A DNA stretch of 34,608 nucleotides from Bigelowiella natans CCMP2755 (taxonomy: Eukaryota; Protista; Cercozoa), in assembly GCA_000320545.1 (NCBI GenBank), contig ADNK01003530.1, positions 1 through 34,608 of the forward strand. The letters run 5' to 3'. A program made the translations under genes and the position numbers. Under the pieces are notes generated by a model. That model did not search any database, had not been told where the DNA came from, and saw nothing but the letters and a program-made list of their open reading frames with translations. Shown piece after piece: positions 17,359-29,897 of this stretch. The first letter of the stretch is position 1. Every line of letters starts with the position of its first letter.

Positions 17359-17970
17359 ATGCATCGTGTGCTGGGGAGGCTTCGATGCCATATCCTAGCG
17401 TCCTTAATCTACTGTGGCGGAGGTTGTATTTATTCAAATGCCAAACCTTGCAGCCTTCCAGAGGGCTTTGAGCATCATGTATAAACTCCTCTCGTGTAAT
17501 AGGTGAATTAGCCAGTAACAAGGCATATGCTTCAAGGGGTGACCATCATCATCGCTGTACGACGAGTATGGCAGAGGAGACTTCGAGGCCTATTCGATCA
17601 ACTTCCACAGGAGGCGCTTCTTCTTCGCCAAATATGTTTAGAAAAATTTGGACTCCGAACTTTGCCGCTGATGATGAAAGTTTCACCTCAATTGTGGTAC
17701 TTGCTTTCTATCGATTGATCTGGTGATCATTCGAATATTTAGATGAGACCAGAAAGTAATATATTTAGTGTTGCTTGATGATGATGATGTGATTAAGTTG
17801 TTGTACATAATTATGATATACATTTCATTGCCAACCAGCTTGACTGTGGGTCTGGGTACACCCGAATACATAAAATGTTAAGGAGACCGGATGACGGACT
17901 TGTAAGTGTGATTACTTTTTCTCCAGAGAGAGAGAGAGGAGTTCCAACATAATACTATATGGAATTTATA

Positions 17971-18018
<48 letters not shown>

Positions 18019-19396
18019 GCGTGTGCGTGTTGTTGTTGTCGTTGTTGTGTTAATCCTCTTCCAGGTAGAGTCTGAGCGAATAGGGTTCTTGCCGCCGATT
18101 GCAGACATTGTGGAAGTAGTACTTATTCTATGCCTGTTGTTATGTTACATACATCGCTTTGTTTGTACTAATCGATGCTGGTATACATGATCCGTTGCAG
18201 GGAAGGATAACACACTCTCCGCTACACGATTCAGAACTTGCTATTGGTCTCTGGATTGAGGTACTTCGATCAGTTAACACTACTGTTGGAATACAAAGCA
18301 TGTTCTTCTTGTTTGTTTGTTAGCGTCATCAATTTACTGGCATTATTCAATGCATGAATGTTTATATAAAAATCTTTCAGGCTTTAGAGGAGGGCATTTC
18401 GAAGATTAAAGACCATGAGGATATGCCTATTTTTCTTGGTATTTAGCCATTGATAACTGCAACAAGATTATACACGTGAAATGATAATAACCACCTCACA
18501 TAACACCGCTATTTAGGAGCAACTGGAGGTCTCAGAGAAGCGATGAACAAAGGAAAAGTTACAAAAAGTGACATTGCTGGTTTTGTTTCTAAACTACACC
18601 ACAAATTCGGCGAAAGAGGTCATCATCATCATCATCATCATCATCAGCATTATCATCATTATCATCATCAGCAGTAGCAGCATCAGTAGCAGACATTTTG
18701 GGCACGAAGTTAACGATTTTCATATGGAGGTTGACTTGATTGTTTTCAATATATTCATTCAGCGACTTTCCATATATTAAGCGGGGAGGAAGAAGTAAGG
18801 AGCTTGTTAAAGAAGAACATATCAGATTCATTCGTACAATAATACTACCCATCTGTTATGTAAACGATTGTAAAGAAGTGAAACAATTTTTTTTTGGAAT
18901 CATATGGGCAGGGTGGAAGAAGTATTAGCATTGAGTATTTTTGACTATTTATATGATCACTCTATTCCGTTGTCAGTCGTAATACGCAATATATTCCATC
19001 ATTCTATTATATTCTATTCTATTCTATTATATATTATCATTAGGCGTACGCAGAGCTGGTGGCTACTCGCTTTGCTGCTGCAAAGAAATACGGTAGTAGT
19101 AGTAGTTGTTAAAAATATAACGTACTACTATTCCTACTACTACTACCGATATTTATTGATAAAGCATCACAAGTAGTTCATTCCAACAGCATCATCCTGA
19201 CTTAGATGATTGATGCATAGATTGAATGGCTGATTAACGTCGTCATCACACCTCCAACATGACTAGCATCATTACTGACATGTTATTATCACCATCATTA
19301 TGACACACACGCCAACAACAGGGTTTAAGGAGCCTGTTAACTTCATTTCTTGTGGGGGAATGACATCTCAGGTAGGTAGGTAGGTAGTTAAGTAGT

Positions 19397-19464
<68 letters not shown>

Positions 19465-19797
19465 TGTTGACGATAGGGGTAGGTGGTGGTTGTGATGCAA
19501 GGACGATGATGATGATGATGATGATAATGATGATCATCTCGACGACGACTTTGGTCAAGGATGCAACAAGCACAGATGCTGATGATGATGCTTATCACTA
19601 TTGTTGTTACTATTATTAGAGGGGTATGATAAAGGACAATATGCTCGTTTTACATATGTTCATACAATACCATTCTTTATTTGCAGATAGGATACGGAAA
19701 TACTTCCGAAGATTTAAAGTTTATCTCTTACACCACTAATGTGAGGGATGGAAACTTATTGGTAAAAAGTTGTGTGTGTGTGTGTGTATGTGCGTGG

Positions 19798-19845
<48 letters not shown>

Positions 19846-19876
19846 TACTCTGTAATCCATGCTTAAAGATTCTCCA

Positions 19877-19912
<36 letters not shown>

Positions 19913-20242
19913 GATCATTTAGCTTCTTGATCACAAGAACGACTTAAGAGGAGCTTTGCAAGTATATGAAAAAAAAGTTAGAAAAGAAATTCAAGATAGA
20001 GGTAGCAGCAGACAGTAACAAGTTTACGATAAAATAGGTCTTTCCTTACCAAAATGCTATCATCATTTATCAAGAAGACTTCTAGAACTACTACTGCTTC
20101 TATTGCACTAATAAAATGACACAAAACCTTATACAGCAGGATTTATATATCAGTTCTTCTATTACTACTACTACTACTACTACTACTATCCACTACTGTG
20201 CTGTTATATTGCTCTGTTGTCATAATAATGAGAGCTACTAGG

Positions 20243-20274
<32 letters not shown>

Positions 20275-20582
20275 AACTACTTAATGGGGTGGGTTTGTTG
20301 CTGGTACTGCTTAATTGCTGCTGTCTGTGTATTATACACTGTTACATCATCATAGGAGTATCTAACGTACCCGGTATCTTCATGGGTATAGAGATGTTTG
20401 GCTACGTCGCTAATGTCTGTGCTAGAAGCACTTACCACAACAATGTTTACATAAATAGCATGTTTACACATCTGTGTACACATCAGTAACAACAGCTACG
20501 CATATATGTCCTGAATATGGTGCATGAAAGCTGCTGCTTTCATCATCATATTGCAATTGAATGCGAGCTATTACCGCTGTGT

Positions 20583-20617
<35 letters not shown>

Positions 20618-21606
20618 TGCTCTACACATACTTTTGTGGTGCTATGCATAGCATAACCATGCCCATCAATCTGAAATTAGCAAAAAACATTGTTTAGTCT
20701 GCACATGCTGGTAATTTAAGATGGTTGATGGTTCTTTCTCCTATAATGTTAGTCCTTGGGAATAGACGGGAAGCTCATACCTGTGCATTCGGTATTTAGA
20801 AGTAGTAGTAGTAGTAGTAGTAGCAGCAGCAGCAGCGTAATGATGATGTTTTAAGACGAGGATAATAATGATAGTTGTAGTAGTCAGGTGTGATTCAGAA
20901 TGATAGCGAAAGACATCGTCTTAAACAGCAATAATATGAAAATGAAGAAAATATTGTCGGGTGCTGGTAACAATTTGTATTAGTACAGCAGATAATTGCA
21001 GTAATTGTGTGTTACTACTGGTTTGCCTATAAATACGTGGCTTATATTTATTACAAAGGCACGTAAGCTGATGAAGGATTACAGAGAAAAATGGTTGGAA
21101 GAAAATGCTGACCCATCGTCATCATCATCATCATCATTATCAGCATCTTCTTCTTCTTCGAATCACAATGGTGACAATAACGATAATAACAAGTCTCAAT
21201 GGACATGGAGGAATGTTTTTGAGCCAGTATTATTAACGGCTACGCTAGAAATATTGGATGTGCTAGATGACCATGCTAGCATTATGCTCCAAAACACATT
21301 TCGTTTTGAGGTATGTATCATTAACATACTGCTCAACATCACAATGATGGTAATCCACATTTTACGAGCAAACTTCTCCATTCAAATTAGGACAGAGACC
21401 AAAATCTGCTGACATTTATTCAATAATGCGAGAGAAACTGCCTTCCCAATCATACGTTCATATAATACTTTAATATATATGACACAAACAGTGTCTATAG
21501 TATCTTATTTTGGTAACATGATTGTTATTGTTGGAAATATTAGAATGGCTACAGACTAAAACCTGCTTGGACTGTGGGAGTCTATTTAGAAGCAACAGGA
21601 TACTAA
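17359..21606 (+). CDS. GDA1/CD39 (apyrase/NTPDase)-like ASKHA phosphatase, about 16 exons, about 430 aa; start codon uncertain
   Basis: The spliced product carries ordered apyrase-conserved-region-like motifs: LDCGSGYTRIH (exon 17839-17901), PIFLGATGGLRE, ILSGEEEAYAE, FISCGGMTSQI (exon 19322-19371) and terminal PAWTVGVYLEATGY* (stop 21604-21606). Confidence 0.8.
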
Positions 21607-21859
21607 CTTGAGGAGTATAAAATAAGGCGAATCTACATAAAATAAGCATCAGGATCTAATAGTAGACCATCCTACTGAAGCGGTATACCTGTTGGTTGGT
21701 AGGTGCAGTAAAGACACAGAAGACACAGCATGTGGATGCTTCACACTGACTTATTTGCTTATCAAAATTAATAATGCCAAATTTAAAGTAAAGCCGTGGG
21801 TAACTGACTGGGGCATATAGGCACTACGCAAGTCTACTAATAAGCGCCACTATTACACC

Positions 21860-23129
21860 GACTGACCAGCTAGTCAGCTGAAGTACGTACGACGTAGCTA
21901 GCATAGAATTAGTAGCATAGATGCGATGCCTGCCTACCGATTGATCATGTCGCGTATTCTGCCACACAGTCCATAGTAGTGTTGTTAGAGTGTACGTCTA
22001 CATGCATCTAGCAGATATGTTTGCAACGCAAGTTACGCAACAATGACGCTGCCACTTCTAGACTTGCAGGCACATGCACGTGCCTAGCGTGCTTGTGCGT
22101 AGTAGCACAACTGTGTCACATAGTCAATCCCGGTAACGAGTGGGTTTTGAACAAACTGTGCTTTGCGCGTGCGGCCTGGCGCGCTCAATCGTTGCAATTG
22201 GACATTGAAAGCACACTGGAGCCTGTTTGAGGCTCAAATTTGATTTTTTTTTCGAATTTCAGCTTGAAAACCTCATTTTTCAACGCCTGCCAGCGGGCGA
22301 AAATTGAAAAATTCTTGCCACTTTTGAACACGCTAGCGCATTTGCATTTGCGTGCCACAAGTTTTGCAAGCTCATGAGAGTGTGTGCACACCAGCTTCAT
22401 GGACGTGCGAAGTTTCAGCACACGCACGCAAAAACCATGCACCTGGGCGCACATGAACGCGCAAACACGTGCTCAATGACTCTCACTTGAAAATTCATGC
22501 CATTCGTTACACACTTGATGCAGTTGTGAGCTAGCTAGCTAGGCGCATTTCATTGTTGCATGGATGCATGCTGCGTGTCCCAATTTCGCTAGCTCGGCTA
22601 GCTAGCTAGATGAGCTGCACATTGTTCACAGATCCAGAGATGATGCCTGACATGCCAGCCTGTGGACCTTTCTAGCCATTTGCGTTGGCCATTGACATGT
22701 GGCCCATGTGGTCTAGCTACACGTGTCAGGTGCGCACAGTGATTTGCATGAGTGCTGCACACACGTCGCTTGGCTAGCTCAGCCATCATGCCGCACGTGC
22801 CAGCGAATGTGTGTGACAATGCATGGACACTGCTTGAGCTAAACGTAGGATGATGGGCGTAAGGTGAAGGGAGAGGGGGAAGAGGAGGAGGAGGAGGAGG
22901 AGGAGGAGGAGGAGGAGGAGGAGGAGGAGAGATTGGGTCGGTAGATGAGTTTTGAGTTGATTGCAGCAACATGATGATGATGGATGATGAATGACCATTC
23001 ATGATCCTAGTTCGTTGAGAAATGTTGTAATTTTATTGTTATTTAATTGTTATTATTAGCATACATTCCCGATGATGGATGACCATGTTAGTCAGTACAC
23101 TAACCACTCATTATCGGAAATTATTGGAC

Positions 23130-23169
<40 letters not shown>

Positions 23170-23336
23170 ATGGGAGTTTCGAAGAGTTTTTCTGATTGAC
23201 AACCCTTGAGATGCTGGCTTCTTTTAACGGCAGTTACCAAGAAGTGACAGTCGCATTCCCTCTTTAGATTGCATGGGATTTTTGTTAAATTAAAGCACAC
23301 AATGAACACAACGAGCACGCGCATGCATGCATGCAT

Positions 23337-23376
<40 letters not shown>

Positions 23377-24050
23377 GCAAGATGCACTAGTGCATTGTGT
23401 GCATGCTAGCATGGTCCAATCTAGCCATGCACGTGCAGACATGCCTTCACATTCATCAATGGACAATTTGTGGCAGGACTGGAGGACATGTGTGGACTAG
23501 CTAGCTAGTAGCTGTGCGGGCTAGCAGGTGCACCGAATTCATCGGAGCGACCTTGTGACAGCAATTGTGCTGAAATGATCGCCCGACAGTACTAAAGCAA
23601 TGCAGCATGCTCTAGTGCTAGCGCTGTCCGCTTGCCATTCAATTGTGCTAATGTGCTCAGTCAGATTCAGCTCACTAGCTTCACAATCGCACTACTAACA
23701 CGGCATAGCGGCATGCATGCAGCATGACAAAGCTAGAAAGCCATTGCATCGTGGACACACGTCGCCGCGACTAGGCGAAGGCGCTGTGTCCAGTCTAGTA
23801 GTGCCAAAGTGTTTGCAAATGTGGCAAGCAATTGTGGATGCAAATGAGCGGCAATAATCATGACAGCGACTACATGAATTAAATTTTAGGACTGTGAAAT
23901 TCATCAGCTTGTCTAGTTGTGTGCGCGTGGCCTGTGATGTTGCATGTGCCACATTTGCACGCGGAACACGTAGCTAAACCATTGCGCGAATTTGTCATGT
24001 GAGCACAGATGTGCTCTCATTCATGAGTCGTCAGGAGCTTCTCATCTCAA
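21860..24050. repeat. Decayed repeat/TE relic or pseudogenised sequence between the convergent apyrase-like and JmjC genes
   Basis: Dense (CTAG)n, GCATGC, CACGTG and TGCA words, with embedded (GGA)n, (CAA)n and (TG)n tracts. Spurious translations are His/Cys-rich, as expected from CG to TG/CA decay. Confidence 0.5.
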
Positions 24051-24390
24051 TGATTTGACAATAAACTCAGAACATTACAATAGGCACACGTATATATTAT
24101 ATAATACATATGATATATACTTCGTCTATAGTCATATAGCTACTTGTTCGGTGTAAATTCACCACACAATTCGTCATCTCACATTGCCCTTAATCCGACA
24201 CACTTTGTCCATAGCCATTCATAGGGGTGCAAATGGTTAAGTACAACTATTTCCGTCCTCACCTTACTGTCATTCAGCATGGTTTCCGATGCAAAATGTC
24301 ACAATGTCCTCATCCCTACGATATGCATGTACCAAAGTAAAATTAAAACTACCTTACGATTTCGCACAGGTGCATCTTACACACAATGAA

Positions 24391-25718
24391 CTATGGAACA
24401 TGCAAGCGCGACGAAGTTTCTTTTACACACATTTTTGTACGCCTGAATTCGCCGCTGTGTCGGGTGAGAGTAACCCAGTATCCTACCCTGCTACTATTGC
24501 TACCTCCTGACGATAGTTAGCAACTCGAAGTTAAATCTTACTCACATCTGTACCAATAAAGAAAACTGAAGTAAATTCCAGCATGTGTGACCCATTAGTT
24601 AGAGTTCAGAAGCACTTATAAATGAAAACTTAGCAATGCACAATCGAATCTAATATAGTTCCTAAGAATATGGCTCTGATTTAACTGCAAATTACTGCGA
24701 AATCATTGCTGCAATCATTCCCCCCCCCCCCCCCCACACACACCTTTAGGATTTTCGGATTCCACATAATGCCACCTCAAATTGGATTAGAAAGTATCAC
24801 GTATTATAAAAGCACATCAATAAAATGGTTTACTCACATTTGTTATTATATTTGTAAACTGTAGAGTAAATAAATTATTTTATTATTATGTAATGTAGCA
24901 TAAATGAATTATTGTTGAATATGAAGCCTTCATCGAGTACGATGATTCCATATTTGTATGAAATGTTATTATGTCAATTACCAAAATCTAGGGAGGAAGA
25001 AAACATCTCCAGGTTCAAGATGATGAATGAATCCTTTTGCCTAAAGCCAGATATTATAAGGTTGTTAGCTACGACAATTTAAACAAAGAATTAAAAAAGT
25101 ACTGCGTACATTTATGACCTGGTGCTTCACATCAAAATGATGAATTCTTATATATATATATATTCAGGTGTTCGTCACATTATTTCTCCTCTTTCTTACC
25201 TTATCAAAAGAGGGATATTTTCGTTTAATGATGAAATCATCCTCCGTGAAATCCACTTGCGATCGACGTTTATCACTGCAGTATGTATGCACATATGTAT
25301 GTATGTATGTATGTAGAAGAGAACACAAAGCAGTGGTACAAAGTCAGTATGTATGCACGTATGTATGTATGTATGTATGTAAAGTGTGATGATGATGATC
25401 TCCTGTGAGTTTGCGTCATTAATGGTCATCATTGAAAAGCATTTCTTCTCAACTATTTGGCAAATAAATCGTACTCTTTCTTTGGATAAAGATATATCGC
25501 TTCATTTGGATGTAATATGACGAATGTCTTCTTCCCTGCAACCTATAAATCACAACAATAGAAAAGTAGTATAAGTACAGTTTGCATTCCAAATAACTGA
25601 ATTCTCTTCTAATTTCATGCCTTCTACCAAGGGGGGTATAAACAACATCAAATACAACACCTTGTAAATCTATACTTCTAACAAACCGCATACAAATAAT
25701 ATATCAATATACATACAC

Positions 25719-25756
<38 letters not shown>

Positions 25757-25946
25757 GACTTGAATTATAAAGTTGTCTAGTCCATCGTAGTGGCAGTTAT
25801 ATCTCAAGGCTAACGTCAAAACAAAGATAACAAATACATAGTAGTATTCTCAAAACTGGAGATGAATGGTTGGAAAAACGTCTCCTGTAAGCTTTAACCT
25901 TCTTTTCCACATTTCACTTTTCTCCTCCCTACCTAGCTACCCCCTC

Positions 25947-26037
<91 letters not shown>

Positions 26038-26479
26038 GTATTAGTAGCACCAGCTAAGCCCATTCTCAGTCGCAACTAATTAAGAATAACAAAGAGTATG
26101 CAATTGTTACATCAGAGATCATGCAGCGTATAGAGCCATATATAGCTTAACATCTTATTGACGTACGTAGTGATAGTAAATAACCAATCTAGATTTTCCT
26201 TCACTGGTAAAGCTTTTCTTGAGATTATGATGATAATGATGATGATGATTATACTAATATTAGATATTAAACGACAATGACGAGGAGGAGGAGGAGGAGG
26301 ATTAGATGGATTACATTGTCAAATTGCCTTGAAGAAATCCAACTCAAGGGCTTAGAGCCGTATGCTCTCTGAACATATCTGTAATGATAGTGTTAATATT
26401 CGAGCAACAAAGCGGCGGTACAACGACGATGATGCATCAGTTGTAATTATAATGACGAATAACACTCTTGATCATCGAT

Positions 26480-26544
<65 letters not shown>

Positions 26545-28967
26545 AACAATACATAGACGACGATATCTCTACTTACTTAGTTACTTCCTTACTTACTTAT
26601 ATACCGAGACGAACCTGTCATCTAGCACATTTATCTTAGCAGAGAAGTACAAATTCCTCTCCAAAGTACTAGAAGTAGTACCAGTACCAGTAGTAGTATT
26701 AGTAGCAGTAACGTTGTCGCTATTGGTGTTCTCTTCATCATCATCTTCTTCTTCTTCTTCTTCTTCTTCTCCGCTGCTGACTCTTCCTCTTCTGCTGCTG
26801 CTACTTGGGGAACTCCTGGATGATGATGGTGATGATAATGATGATGATGATGATGATGATGATGAGAAGGTGCCTGCTTCTGCTTCTGCTGCTGCTGCTG
26901 AATCAACCAAATAGGATACGTTTAGAAGGCGAGTCTTGTCTCCTGCACAATCTCCACTCCTACGTTACATAAACAAACAAAACAATGCCAAGTGAAGAAG
27001 AGAAAGCGGGGGGGGAAGAAGTAGAAGAAAAAGGGAGAATCAAGACGAAAACCAGTAATTTTTGTTCCTCCTCTTCTGCATTATTATCCCATATTTCTAG
27101 CTTGAAAGCAATTAAAAGCGAAGGGTAGGTGAAGAATACTTGCTCTAGACCCCAAAATCGATTGGCACTTAATTACTGCAAAATACATTACTTACATATA
27201 TTTCAATAAATTATAGAAACAGAACCAAAAATAGAGACAAAAACGATGACGATGACGACGGCCCCGAAATGGTTGTTTGTTGGTTGTTTTTACCGCCTTG
27301 CCCTATCTGAACAACCGCTCATCAACCCACTAACAACACAACAACACAACAACATTAAGAGGGGAACATTTCATCACAATAACATCATCATTCAATACTT
27401 TGACGATTGTGCTTACTATCACCATAAGGCCAAACCACATCGTCGCAGTTTCATCAAGAGCACCATAGGTTTCGTTAGTCATCAATGTCTCTTCTTGTGT
27501 TTTCTTTTTCTTCTATTTCCCTTACTTGTAGATATTTGCGAACGAAGAGGTATTGCCAAAAGAGCGCTGATTAGAAAAGGAACAAGAAGAAGGAAAAAGA
27601 TAAAAAGAACATCGACGACCGCTAAAACCTCAAATTATCTCTCTTTCCCTCCTCCTCCTCCTCCTCCTCCTCCTCCTCTTTGATCCGTATGTTGCTTCTT
27701 GATATTGTCGTGGATTATTATTCTAAATTCTTTTAAAATGAGGTGGACATGCACACAAACCACTAGCAGTAGGCAGCACCTTAAGCATAGCTGGATCTGA
27801 GAAATGATTCACTAAACTTTCAACCGATTTAAGTCCTCTCACAACAAATGGCAATCGTCTCATCACTAGCTTTGCGATCATTCTCCACTGAATAATATTT
27901 ATAATTCAATGTCCCTTAGTCTGATGTTGTTAGTAACAAATAACAACTTCCTAACATTCATCATATTAGGAAAGGACGATGATGCACAAATCTCTACCCT
28001 CACCTATGATTGTACCAGAAAATAATCATTGAATTGATACAACTGTTACAACTTGTATCAGAAAATAATCATCAAATTGCATAAACCTACTACAACTTGT
28101 AAAATTACACTAGTAGTAGTAGTCGCATGTTGATTATTGTCATTATTATGAGATACATAACCCTCTACCACAAGTTCTTTATACTTACTAGCTTAGGACT
28201 AGGAAATAATATATCCACCAATCATTATCATCACCATCGTCATCATCATCATCATCATCACCACCACCACCACATACATGGTAATATATAATCTTATTGT
28301 GTTACATTTTCTTTAATTGTTACGTCGTCTATTCCAACTCCAGAGACATCAGCTGCTCCTTTTCCTGCTCCTGCTTCTCCAAGATAAAATATGGGGATAC
28401 CCCCTGTTTCCAGAGAGCTGCAATATTCGATCATAATAATGCAGAATGAACCCATTGATTTAGGAGGGAGGTTGTGCTGAATGATCAACTATATTCGAGG
28501 TGAAACAAACAGCAGTAAGTAGTAGTAGTAGTAGTGGTGGTGGTGGTGGTAGTGTGCAATGAAGAACAAAGGTTAGTAGTTTTACTTATGTTTGTCTCCT
28601 CGCGCACGGCTATTAAGAAGTTTCAAAATCGATTGAGGTCTGTACGCCTGAGTGTTATGTTATGATGGGAAATTCTTTCATTAATTCTCACAACACTTAT
28701 GATGGGAAATACTTTCAATAAATCACCAACAAGACATATGATGGGAAATTCTTTCATTAATTTTCCAACAACACTTCCAATGGAACAACAGCAGAGTCAC
28801 AAAGGAGGCTCATTCGTAAATATTGTGTTGTTTGAATTATAGTGATACTGCTACTACGCACACACGCACAGGTGCGCCCTGAAAGAGGGGCTTATGCTCT
28901 CTGAGAGCTTTGAACTCAGTCGGGAATATGTGCTCATGTATCATCTCAATTGAAACCTGTGGTATTT

Positions 28968-29006
<39 letters not shown>

Positions 29007-29066
29007 AGAGGAGGAGGAGAAGGACGTTGAAACAGCAGCAAAACAATTGTGAGCAAACCATAGCAA

Positions 29067-29113
<47 letters not shown>

Positions 29114-29629
29114 AATATTGCATTTCTTGACTTTTTCCTACCAAGCAAGAGTTTTCTTCTCGATCAAGACCCCATTCCGGGACGAATCTATGGCTGCTAG
29201 ATTGACAACGGAATGATGATGATTAGAGATTATGCAGCAGCATGTTAGTGATTAAATACAAAATACAGCAACTGTTTATGACAGAACTTCTAGAGATGTA
29301 GTAATCAACAATCATTTATGATGGAACTCCTAGACTTCTTGTTGTAATTTTTGAACACCTACCTCATTTTACATGTAGCAGCTCCATCATAACTAGCACT
29401 TTCATCGTCATCGGCACAGTGCTGCGGCTGCTGCTGCATAGTGGTAGGAGGGAATGCAACAATCGGAATGCAATGTAAGCCTTTCGGGAGAACAACTGCA
29501 GCAGGAACGTGATGATGTACGGTAGTAAACAAGGACAGTTGCTACCTCGTTAGCAATGCAGCAGTTTTCCAACCACAGCAGGAAGATCAACACGGCTGCG
29601 ACCCAACCACGGTTGTCATGCATCAGCAT
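24391..29629 (-). CDS. JmjC / cupin_8-type 2-oxoglutarate-Fe(II) oxygenase with N-terminal signal peptide; terminal exons tentative
   Basis: Spliced exons give RLPFVVRG, NLYFSAK, LRLRMGLAALRYNCHYDGLDNFIIQ (HYD in exon 25809-25760), VAGKKTFVILHP, SQVDF...KYPSFDK and LEPGDVFFLPRFWWHYVES (WWH in exon 24775-24744). The HxD...H triad is intact. The N-terminus is MLMHDNRGWVAAVLIFLLWLENCCIA. Confidence 0.85.
28661..28775. repeat. Intronic minisatellite, about 38 bp x3
   Basis: TATGATGGGAAA(T/TA)CTTTCA...ACAACACT repeated three times imperfectly. Confidence 0.8.
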
Positions 29630-29685
29630 CTACATCATAGTGGGCGGACTCGAATCCGCCACAAAGGAAGAGGTGATGGTCGATT

Positions 29686-29897
29686 GATGATGATCTGGTT
29701 GGTTGGTGTGTGATCTTAGATCTATTTCTACACCGAGAATATCCTAATGATGATGATCGAATCATTTTGTTCATTCTAAAAATCGATCGTGATCTGGTTG
29801 GTTGGTTGGTTGGTATGTGATTTTCGACCTATTTTTCCACGGAGAACATTTCAATGATGATGACGCACGAATCGGATTCTCCTTTTGTTCATTCTGC
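29686..29897. repeat. About 100 bp imperfect direct repeat x2 upstream of the JmjC gene
   Basis: TGATCTGGTTGGTTGG...GTGAT...CTATTT...GAGAA...ATGATGATGA...GAATC...TTTTGTTCATTCT occurs twice in tandem. Confidence 0.75.

Noticed and set aside
17088-17360. 90-aa ORF in frame with the AP endonuclease, separated by one TGA (readthrough or N-terminal extension?)
   Set aside because: It lies across the divergent promoter, has no recognisable motif, and other genes here use standard stops. An in-frame UTR stop is the simpler explanation.
23695-23952. Apparent zinc-finger CxxC pairs in a minus-strand ORF
   Set aside because: Cys/His excess is expected from TG/CA-rich decayed sequence, and there is no transposase or other domain support.
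28340-28400. P-loop-like IFYLGEAGAGKGAA in a JmjC gene exon
   Set aside because: It is a Gly/Ala low-complexity stretch with no Ser/Thr after the Lys and no Walker B or NTPase context.
28661-28775. Repeat-spacer-like pattern suggestive of CRISPR
   Set aside because: Units are head-to-tail degenerate copies without unique spacers, inside a eukaryotic intron, and no cas genes are present.
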